A stretch of 32,000 nt of DNA from Mycolicibacterium smegmatis (lineage in GTDB: Bacteria > Actinomycetota > Actinomycetes > Mycobacteriales > Mycobacteriaceae): the NCBI RefSeq assembly GCF_001457595.1, contig NZ_LN831039.1:90001-122000 (forward strand), read 5' to 3'. Of this stretch, positions 1-7,281 are shown one piece after another. A program made the translations under genes and the position numbers. The first letter of the stretch is position 1, and the number at the start of each line of letters is the position of its first letter. The notes under the pieces are model-generated. The model was not told where the DNA came from, did not search any database, and saw only the letters and a list, made by a program, of their open reading frames with translations.

Positions 1-2
1 AC

Positions 3-1175
3 GTGATCGACGCGATCGCGGTGCTCGACGAATCGCCGGTGTTCGACCGCACTGCGCTGAAACGCTTTGTGGGAATCGCACTTCCGGTCGTCGCGGCGAT
101 CATCACCGTCGGCACGCTGATCTCATGGACCCGCTCCGGGCACGGCTGGTGGTGGGCCGTCGCGCTCGGCGTCCTCGGTCTCGGCCTGCTCGGCGGCAGC
201 ATGGCCGCCAAGAGCCGCTACAACAGCCTCGACATGTCCGAGAGCCTGCTGCTCGCGGCGGCCCCCGTCCTCGCCGGTGCGGTGGGGCTCGCGGTGCCGC
301 TGCCGCGTGGTGTCGACGGGCTCGGTGCGCCGCAACTGGCCGGCGCGGCGGCCGTGGTGCTGCTGTTGACGTTGGCGACCCGCGGCGGGCCCCGCAAGCG
401 CGCCGAGGTCGCGTCGTTCGTGGCCGTGACCTCCATCGCCGTCACCGCGGCCGCCATCGCCTACGGCTACGGCTGGCAGGAGTGGGTGCCTGCCGGTGCC
501 ATCGCGTTCGGCCTGATCATCGTGACCAACTCGGCCAAACTCACCGTCGCCGTGGCCCGTATCGCCCTGCCGCCGATTCCCGCGCCCGGCGAGCACGTGT
601 CCAACGACGAACTGCTTGACCCGGTCGTCACGCCCGATTCGATCGACGACGCGTCCCCGACGTGGCAGGCGATCATCGCTTCCGTGCCGGAATCGGCTGC
701 GCGCCTGCAGGAACGCAGCCAGTTGACCCGCCAGCTGCTCGTCGGCTTCCTGTCGGCCGGTGCCCTGATCCTCACCGTCGGTGCGATTGCCGTCGTGGTG
801 CAGGGGCACTTCTTCGTGCACAGCATGATCGTCGCGTCGCTGGTGACCGTCATCTGCGGTTTCCGGTCACGGCTGTACGCCGAAAGATGGTGCGCCTGGG
901 CACTGTTGGCGGCCACCGTCGCCGTGCCGACGGGCTTGATGATCAAACTCAGTTGGTGGTGGCCGGATTCCGCGTGGATCGTGATGGCCATCTACACGAT
1001 GCTGGCACTCGTCGCGCTCATCGTCGTCGGCGCCACCGACGGCGTCCGCCGCGTCTCCCCGGTCACCAAGCGCATCCTCGAGCTGTTCGACGGCGCGGCC
1101 ATCGCCGCGGTGATCCCACTGCTGCTCTGGATCGCCGGCGTGTACGACCTGCTGCGAAATCTGCGGTTGCACTAA
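3..1175 (+). CDS. eccD1: EccD1, polytopic ESX-1 core membrane component (5'-partial: frame open to the window edge, C-terminal ~390 aa present)
   Basis: No stop upstream of position 3. The product is almost entirely Ala/Leu/Val/Gly-rich hydrophobic segments with many predicted TM helices (e.g. HGWWWAVALGVLGLGLLGG, LLLAAAPVLAGAVGLAV, ALILTVGAIAVVVQGHFF, AIAAVIPLLLWIAGVY). GC3 is very high. Its position matches eccD1 relative to the espJ/espK/espB/espL/eccE1/mycP1 homologs downstream. Confidence 0.85.
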   Translation: MIDAIAVLDESPVFDRTALKRFVGIALPVVAAIITVGTLISWTRSGHGWWWAVALGVLGLGLLGGSMAAKSRYNSLDMSESLLLAAAPVLAGAVGLAVPLPRGVDGLGAPQLAGAAAVVLLLTLATRGGPRKRAEVASFVAVTSIAVTAAAIAYGYGWQEWVPAGAIAFGLIIVTNSAKLTVAVARIALPPIPAPGEHVSNDELLDPVVTPDSIDDASPTWQAIIASVPESAARLQERSQLTRQLLVGFLSAGALILTVGAIAVVVQGHFFVHSMIVASLVTVICGFRSRLYAERWCAWALLAATVAVPTGLMIKLSWWWPDSAWIVMAIYTMLALVALIVVGATDGVRRVSPVTKRILELFDGAAIAAVIPLLLWIAGVYDLLRNLRLH

Positions 1176-1267
1176 CGGTTGCGCGGTGGGCATTCGATGG
1201 ACTCGGCGATCAATTGCCGGCTCGGGACATGCTCGGTGTTCTCGTGGCCCTGATTTGAGTTGAAGGT

Positions 1268-2368
1268 GTGCCGATGAATCTGCCGCCCCCTTCGGAACCG
1301 TACGGTCAGCGGCCGCCCACAGGCCCGCCACATTGGGGCACGCAACCGCAATGGGCCAGCGGGCCGCCACCGCCACCGAAAGGAGGCGGAAAGGCCAAAT
1401 GGATTCTGGGCGGTCTGTCCGTCGCCTTGGCGATCGCGCTCGCTGTCGTCATCACTGTGCTCGTCGTCCGTCCCGACGGTGAAAGCCGCAGCGCCGATGG
1501 TGGTTCGGGCATCACTGCTTCCGAGTTCGCCAGCGCCAATGACACGGGGCCGGTCAGCATCATCACCGAAGATCCGACGTGCGACGCGTGGAACACGGTC
1601 GTCGGCCAGTACTCAGAGGCAGCCACCGGCGTAAATTGGGAAGGTCGCGAGGCCGAGACTCCGGCGAGTTCGTGGACGCCAGAGCAGCGCAGGATGTACC
1701 AGGCAGTGGGAATGGCCATGACGCGTGCGACGGAGCAGGTGACGAAGCTTGCGATGCAGACACCGCACAGGGTCATGCGCGAACTCTATGAACAATTTGT
1801 TGCGTACACGGTTGCGTTTGTAGAGCGCATACCCGCCTATGTCGCAGAGGACAACAACCTTGCACTGGCATCAAACGCTGCCGGCAGTAGCGTCTCGAAT
1901 ATCTGCGGAGCCATCACTTTCCGCTCAGCACAAGCGTTAGCGATTTTGGTACCCAATTCTTCCTCCCCTTCAGCGCAGACCGGCCTGAAGACGTCGACAT
2001 CGAAACCTTTTATGTCGCAACCAAACTCGATTTGCCAGGCCTGGGCTTCAGAGGTTGAAGTGTTTTCTGAGGGCACTACCGAATGGCGGAAGATCGATAA
2101 GAATATTCCCGCTAGTGGGTGGACACCCGAACAGAGGGCCGTACATGACGAGGTAGCGCCGCTGATGTCTGCGAATGCTGACACAATGGAGGAACTGGGG
2201 CGAAAGAGTGGTGATCCGCTGCTTGAGGATTTCGCCACGCTAGCAACTCAATACAGGCGCGCATTTGTTCTTTCCCTGCCTCGCTACAGTAGTGCCGATA
2301 GCTACCTGGCGCTGGCAGCAACAAATTTGGTCAGGTTGATAAGCTCAGCATGCAAGGCTGCGTCGTGA
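1268..2368 (+). CDS. Family-A paralog A1: Pro-rich N-terminus, single TM helix, two tandem Cys-bracketed ~107-aa modules (uncharacterised)
   Basis: 366-aa ORF (GTG 1268; ATG 1274 lies 8 nt after GAAGG). Pro-rich head PPPSEPYGQRPPTGPPHWG..PPPPPKGG and TM helix KWILGGLSVALAIALAVVITVLVV. Module 1 spans C105..C213 and module 2 spans C256..C362. Both modules contain a PAS.WTPEQR motif and a VMRELYEQF / LLEDFATLATQY helix. Clear paralogy to the ORFs at 6086 and 20908 and to the fragments at 2544/4336 and 14043. Confidence 0.8.
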   Translation: MPMNLPPPSEPYGQRPPTGPPHWGTQPQWASGPPPPPKGGGKAKWILGGLSVALAIALAVVITVLVVRPDGESRSADGGSGITASEFASANDTGPVSIITEDPTCDAWNTVVGQYSEAATGVNWEGREAETPASSWTPEQRRMYQAVGMAMTRATEQVTKLAMQTPHRVMRELYEQFVAYTVAFVERIPAYVAEDNNLALASNAAGSSVSNICGAITFRSAQALAILVPNSSSPSAQTGLKTSTSKPFMSQPNSICQAWASEVEVFSEGTTEWRKIDKNIPASGWTPEQRAVHDEVAPLMSANADTMEELGRKSGDPLLEDFATLATQYRRAFVLSLPRYSSADSYLALAATNLVRLISSACKAAS

Positions 2369-2543
2369 CGACTAAAAAGGCTATCCCGACTGCTCCGAAG
2401 CCTCGCGAGTTTATTCGCAATGGGCACGCGTACGGATCGATCTCTGCAGGGGAATTTGCCGTCGAACCAGGAGCCCCATTAACGCCCCATCCGAGTCCGG
2501 TTGGGACAAGAAGAGAAGACGGGTATGCGCCCGAAGGGTTGAG

Positions 2544-2877
2544 ATGTGGAGGCTGTTAATGACCTTTTTTCCCTCCTCACGTGATTCGGCCCAACCCCCG
2601 TACGGCTCTCAGCCCTCGCAGCGTGGACCTGAAGGGCCGGGGTACACAGGTGCCTGGCAGCCTCCGTCACCGCGACGAGGCGGAGGGCTGAAGTGGATTT
2701 TGGCGGCCATCGTGTTGGTCGTTGTGATCGGGGTAACGGCCGCAGTGACATGGGCGGTATCTGAGAGAGGAAGCCACCGTGATCAGACGCATTCAAATGT
2801 CTCCCCGGACAAAACAGCGTCGGTACTGAATTCCGATATGGCGAGTGCAAACGACACCGCGCCAGTGGCGGTAATCG
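2544..2877 (+). pseudogene. Family-A paralog A2, N-terminal fragment truncated by the ISL3 element
   Basis: Family N-terminus (..SAQPPYGSQPSQRGPEGPGY.., GGGLKWILAAIVLVVVIGVTAAVT, ..MASANDTAPVAVI) reads straight into the IS left inverted repeat at 2878. The tail of the 129-aa track ORF is IS-derived. ATG 2559 (MTFFPSS..) fits the paralog N-termini better than ATG 2544. Confidence 0.8.
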
Positions 2878-4335
2878 GGCTCTTCGCACTTGATAGGGGT
2901 CTGGTGTTGTCCGACGTTGTGTCGTGTCGGTGATTGATTAGGGGTCCGCGCCCCTGTGAGCTGGGTGTTCTTCAGGCATCCAGGACAAGGAACGCGGACC
3001 ATGGTTGACGGTAGTTCACTGCTGCTCGATCTCGACGGTGTGGTCGTCGAATCGGTGCAGCGCCTCGAGGACGGCACCCGGTTGGTGCAGGTGCTCACCG
3101 CCCCCCAGTGGGTCGGGATCTGCCCCGAATGCGGGGAACGCTCCACCAGGTCGAAAGGCTGGGTACAGACCGGACCCCGCGACGTTGTGGTGGGTTCGGA
3201 CCGCCCGATACTGCGCTGGCGTAAGCGAAAGTGGTTGTGCCCCAGCACGGTCTGTACGCGCAAGGTGTTCACCGAGTCGGTGCCCGGAATCCCGGCGCGG
3301 GCGCGGGTAACACCGCGGGCCAAGGCGACGATGGCCACTGCGGTGCTCGACGAGGACCGTTCGGTGGCCGCGGTGGCCGGGCAGTACCGCTGCGGCTGGC
3401 ACACCGTGCACGACGAAGTCATCGCCACCGCCGAGGACGCCCTGGCCGGCGAGCTGGCGCCGGTGGCGGTGCTCGGCATCGACGAGACCCGACGCGGTAA
3501 GGCCAAATGGGAACACAACCCGGTACTCGGGCGGCGGGTATGGGTGGATCGCTGGGACACCGGACTGGTCGACATCACCGGCGATCAAGGCCTCCTTGGC
3601 CAGGTCAATGGCCGCACCTCGGCGGCAGTGATCGACTGGCTCGCTGGCCAGGACCCTGACTGGCGGGCCGCAATCACCCACGTAGCCATCGATTTGTCCC
3701 CGGCCTATGCCCGGGTGGCTCGCGAAGCACTGCCGCACGCGATCCTGATCGCCGACCGGTTCCACCTGGTCAAGAAAGCCAACGACATGGTTGATGCGGT
3801 GCGCCGCCGGGTCACCTGGACCCAACGGGGCCGGCGCGGCCGCAAGGCCGATGTCGAGTGGATCAACCGCCGCCGCCTGCTGCGCGGCTCCGAGCGGCTC
3901 ACCGCAGACCAACGCGCCACGTTGTTCGCCAAGCTGCTCTCCGCCGACCCCAACCAGGACATCGCCGCGGCCTGGATCGCCAAAGAACTGCTGCGCGACC
4001 TGCTTTCCTGCGCCGACCGCGGCGGGTTGCGCTACGAGATCACGACCGCCCTGGACCGGTTCTACCGTTTCTGCGCGGCCTGCACAGTGCCCGAAGTGAT
4101 CCGACTGGCCCGCACCATCGAGACCTGGCAGGCCCCCATCATCGCCGCCCTGCAGACCGGCCTGTCCAACGCCCGCACCGAAGGCTACAACCGCATCGTC
4201 AAACACGTCGGGCGCATCGCCTTCGGCTTCCGCAATCCTGAGAACCAACGCCGCCGAGTACGGTGGGCCTGCACTCGCCGATCACGACGAGTCACACCCA
4301 GCCGGCACCAACGCCACTGCTAACTGCGAAGAGCC
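2878..4335 (+). mobile_element. ISL3-family insertion sequence (1,458 bp, single transposase ORF)
   Basis: Terminal inverted repeats GGCTCTTCGCACTTGATAGGGG (from 2878) and GGCTCTTCGCAGTTAGCAGTGG (reverse complement ending at 4335). They enclose one ISL3-type transposase gene. The 8-bp flanks GGTAATCG (2870-2877) and GCTAAACC (4336-4343) differ, so there is no target-site duplication. Confidence 0.85.
2956..4323 (+). CDS. ISL3-family DDE transposase
   Basis: 455-aa ORF (GTG 2956; ATG 3001 MVDGSS.. is also possible). N-terminal Cys cluster (CPECGERS..., WLCPSTVC) resembles the ISL3 zinc-finger region. The C-terminal SNARTEGYNRIVKHVGRIAFGFRN motif is typical of ISL3 transposases. Same layout as the 440-aa ORF at 12610-13932. 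Confidence 0.9.
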   Translation: MSWVFFRHPGQGTRTMVDGSSLLLDLDGVVVESVQRLEDGTRLVQVLTAPQWVGICPECGERSTRSKGWVQTGPRDVVVGSDRPILRWRKRKWLCPSTVCTRKVFTESVPGIPARARVTPRAKATMATAVLDEDRSVAAVAGQYRCGWHTVHDEVIATAEDALAGELAPVAVLGIDETRRGKAKWEHNPVLGRRVWVDRWDTGLVDITGDQGLLGQVNGRTSAAVIDWLAGQDPDWRAAITHVAIDLSPAYARVAREALPHAILIADRFHLVKKANDMVDAVRRRVTWTQRGRRGRKADVEWINRRRLLRGSERLTADQRATLFAKLLSADPNQDIAAAWIAKELLRDLLSCADRGGLRYEITTALDRFYRFCAACTVPEVIRLARTIETWQAPIIAALQTGLSNARTEGYNRIVKHVGRIAFGFRNPENQRRRVRWACTRRSRRVTPSRHQRHC

Positions 4336-4719
4336 GCTAAACCCGGACTATCGGAACTCGCGTTGGGTCGCCCCAAGTCGACCTGTCAAGATTGGATTGC
4401 GTTGTCGGATCGATATGATGCTGACACACAGGCATGAGTGACTTCCGATCTCAAAATCCCTGCCTCCGAGTGGAGTCCTGAACAAAGAGCTTTGAACGAA
4501 GCGATCGGTCCGGTGATGGCAGAGAACACAGACAAAATGGAGCAATTGGGCAGACAGAGCGGCAATCCTGTTCTCGAGGACATTACAGTATCTGCAGCTC
4601 AATATCGGCGTGCGTTCGTGAAGGCATTACCGGAGTACACCTGGACGGATAACTACCTATCGCGTGTGGCTGTTTATCTCGCGGGTGCAGTAGATTCGGC
4701 GTGTAAGGCTAGTCGGTGA
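4336..4719 (+). pseudogene. Family-A paralog A2, C-terminal fragment (second module) with internal TGA
   Basis: The frame is continuous from the IS right end: AKPGLSELALGRPKSTCQDWIALSDRYDADTQA, then TGA (4435-4437), then VTSDLKIPASEWSPEQRAL..AQYRRAFVKALPEY..DSACKASR. It aligns with module 2 of A1 (ICQAWASEVEVFSEGTTEWRKIDKNIPASGWTPEQRAV). The TGA sits where all paralogs have Trp (TGG). About 130 central residues of the family architecture are missing between the two A2 fragments. Confidence 0.8.
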
Positions 4720-5244
4720 TGATCAGCTCGAAACACCGATGGAGAATAATTTCGGTCGGCACCGCGGTCTAGCCAGTCAGGCGTATGGTAACGATCAACG
4801 GGCCTGCGAAATTATCAATTTCATCGGACCGAGAGGTTGCATAGCCAAAGCAGCTCCTCCAGTTGAGGATCTTCGCGAGTCGGGCGGATCTCACCTTGAG
4901 ATGCAGCCTGAGTTGGTTACCAAGATAGAGCTGGTCGCCTCGGTCCCGTGGCTAGAGACGGACGATGCGGGTTTGTCGGCTCGATGTGTACCGGTCATGT
5001 CTTTCCGGCCGGAGGCGAGCCGGTGGAGCCGTGACCTGTTCTTCGCCGACATCGTTCGCACATGAGACTCGCACCGTCTGAGGTTGGCCCAGTGGTTTCC
5101 TGTCCACGCCGCCCGACTGCGGCGAATTGCCGCGCATGCGACAGGCAAGTGGCCGTTAAGCTGACTATGGATTACGCCGCGAACGCGGCGGAGGGACTAC
5201 TGGTGGGTGCGGTGCCGTGTATTTGTGCGGAGGGGGAATGACTA

Positions 5245-6042
5245 GTGGGATATCCCGAGTTCCGGGTCATTGAGGAAGCTCTCGATTGGGACCCTGCGGT
5301 GGTGGCGGTACCGCCCGTTCCTGACAACGCTGTCTATGTTCCGGGCGTCGACCCGGTGGGCTTACTTGTGAACGCCGTGATGCCGGGTATTGCGGCCGAT
5401 GTGAATCAGCAAGTTGCGAACACACGTGCGCGCGAGGAACGGTTTGCCAACAACTTGCGGTCCGCGCGAACTGCATATCATCGCACGGATAGTGCCGGTC
5501 AGGCGCAGATCGACAGCGCGGCAAGTACGATCGACCCAGCCGACGCCTTCGGAGCCGGCGTTCCCGTGCAGCCGACGTCGGCGGCCGCGCCTACCGGCGA
5601 TGCGAGCTTCAGCCAACTCACCCAGCTGATGGGCGCGGCGATGCAGGGGGTACAACAAGCAGTGCAAGTGCCGACGCAGGCTGTGGGCACGGGAGCGCAG
5701 ATGGTGCAACCCGTCATGCAGGGCGTCCAAGGAATTGTCCAGCAAAGCACGCCAGCCTCCGGGAAGTCGCAGGACGGCATGGACGGCGAGGGGGACGGAC
5801 CCGGTCATTCACGTGGCGTCGGCCATGAGGATAGATCACAGTCGTTGGCAGGTGAACGCAGTGACAACGGCACTAGGAATGATGTGCCCGAGGATGCAAG
5901 AAAGCCGGACCGGGAGTCGGCCGAGGCAATGGCCCGTGCAGGTGAAAGACCTCTGGCACCGGTCGGTGCACCTCAGGAAGATCCACTGCATCCGGCGAGA
6001 TCCCGATGGACGACACGTAATTCACCGGAGGTGGCGTTGTGA
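5245..6042 (+). CDS. espJ: EspJ-like ESX-1 substrate-type protein, copy 1
   Basis: 265 aa, GTG start. N-terminal helical region carries a YxxxD export-type motif (AYHRTD, nt 5476-5490). The centre is Gln/Ala/Val-rich (QLTQLMGAAMQGVQQAVQVPTQAVG..) and the acidic tail ends EVAL. It resembles my recollection of M. tuberculosis EspJ (..AADVYAKTDQSLG.., Q/A-rich centre). It heads a cassette containing espK and espB homologs; the paralog is at 20049. Confidence 0.6.
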   Translation: MGYPEFRVIEEALDWDPAVVAVPPVPDNAVYVPGVDPVGLLVNAVMPGIAADVNQQVANTRAREERFANNLRSARTAYHRTDSAGQAQIDSAASTIDPADAFGAGVPVQPTSAAAPTGDASFSQLTQLMGAAMQGVQQAVQVPTQAVGTGAQMVQPVMQGVQGIVQQSTPASGKSQDGMDGEGDGPGHSRGVGHEDRSQSLAGERSDNGTRNDVPEDARKPDRESAEAMARAGERPLAPVGAPQEDPLHPARSRWTTRNSPEVAL

Positions 6043-6085
6043 ACCGAAGGAGCCATTGTCGATTCCATGGCGCGGGGGTTCGTAG

Positions 6086-7219
6086 GTGAGCATGCCGCCC
6101 ACGCCTCCTGGATCTGTGCCTCCGCCTCATGGGTTTCCGCCGCCGAGTGGGGGACCAAGCGGATATCCCGGCCCGGCATTCCCATCGCGATCCTGGCAAC
6201 AGCCTCAAGGTCCGAGGCGGGGTAATGGCTGGAAGTGGGCCCTAGGGACCGTGGCCTTGGTCGCTGTAGTTGGAGTAACTGCGGCGGTGACTTCGACCGT
6301 GGTGCATAAGGAAGGTGAAAGTACTTCGCCGTCGGCGGAAGCGCCCACGTCAGCCACAGGCGGTGCGAGCGCAGAGATCGCCAGCTCTGACGACACTCGG
6401 CCGGTCACGGTAATCGCTGAAGATCCATCGTGTGCCGCGGCGACGCCGATTCTGGAGACCCGCGCGGCGATCCAGCGCAACGGTTGGGACAAACGCGACG
6501 CTTCCCTACCCGCTGCCGCATGGTCAGCAGAGGTGCGTGCGCAATATGAAGCAGTGGCGCAGTCGATGCGCCTATCCGCAGATCAATTGGTTCCCGTTGC
6601 AAAGCTCACTCCACATCGCGTCATGCGTGAGCTATACGAGCAAATTATTGCCTACTCGCGGGCGTATGCCGAGAGCGTTTCGGCGTATACGCCCGAAGAC
6701 AACGCCGCGCTGGTAAGTACTAATGCGTCAACCGCGGTATCGCTAATCTGCGTCGCTATCAAGAATGGATCCGCAGCGGCGAGAGGCCCGCTGACTGTTC
6801 AAGGGCCTACACGGTCAGATTTGCAACAAGTGGGCGATGTTTCCAGTCCAGGCCGATTTCTAACCGAGCCGAATCCAGAGTGTTCGACATGGGAAAAGGC
6901 TCTGAATGATTTTGACAATGACACGGTACAGTGGCGTGCGATTTCCGCAGATATCCCAGCAGGGGAATGGACGCCTGAACAGAAATCAATTACCGATGCG
7001 GTGATTCCTGTAATGCGCCGGCTGGCTACTCAGCAGGTACAGTCTGGAGAGCAAAGTGGGAATGCTGTCTGGCGGGACTTTGCTGATTTGTCTGCGCAAT
7101 ACCGCCTTGCATATGCGGAAGCGCTTCCGACGTATGTGGCTTCCGACGACGTTTTATCCGCAGTGTCGCTACGTTTAGGGTCGGTGGTGAGTTCAGCGTG
7201 TCGCCTAGTCGAGAAGTAG
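6086..7219 (+). CDS. Family-A paralog A3 (intact)
   Basis: 377 aa. Head MSMPPTPPGSVPPPHGFPPPSGG.., anchor RRGNGWKWALGTVALVAVVGVTAAVT. Module 1 is C116..C222 and module 2 is C266..C372, so both Cys pairs are spaced exactly 106 residues. Shared motifs are LPAAAWSAEVR / IPAGEWTPEQK and VMRELYEQIIAYSRAYAE / VWRDFADLSAQYRLAYAE. Confidence 0.85.
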   Translation: MSMPPTPPGSVPPPHGFPPPSGGPSGYPGPAFPSRSWQQPQGPRRGNGWKWALGTVALVAVVGVTAAVTSTVVHKEGESTSPSAEAPTSATGGASAEIASSDDTRPVTVIAEDPSCAAATPILETRAAIQRNGWDKRDASLPAAAWSAEVRAQYEAVAQSMRLSADQLVPVAKLTPHRVMRELYEQIIAYSRAYAESVSAYTPEDNAALVSTNASTAVSLICVAIKNGSAAARGPLTVQGPTRSDLQQVGDVSSPGRFLTEPNPECSTWEKALNDFDNDTVQWRAISADIPAGEWTPEQKSITDAVIPVMRRLATQQVQSGEQSGNAVWRDFADLSAQYRLAYAEALPTYVASDDVLSAVSLRLGSVVSSACRLVEK

Positions 7220-7281
7220 GGCCTGTCGTCGGCATTCCGAATGATGGCCGGCCCATGGCCGCCAGATGGGGGCGAGGCTGA

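Noticed and set aside
3016-4248. 410-aa ORF antisense to the ISL3 transposase. The same applies to 12622-14151 (509 aa), antisense to the IS1096 transposase.
   Set aside because: The products are Gly/Arg/Pro/Ala/Val-rich with no recognisable motifs. The opposite strand encodes clearly recognisable transposases. Long antisense ORFs are expected in DNA this GC-rich.
4739-5065. 108-aa plus-strand ORF between the A2 remnant and espJ-like copy 1 (also minus-strand ORFs 4891-5148 and 4952-5137).
   Set aside because: I found no recognisable motif, no paralog elsewhere in the window and unremarkable codon usage. The region may be decayed remnant DNA or leader. I have not enough support to call a gene, though a real small gene cannot be excluded.
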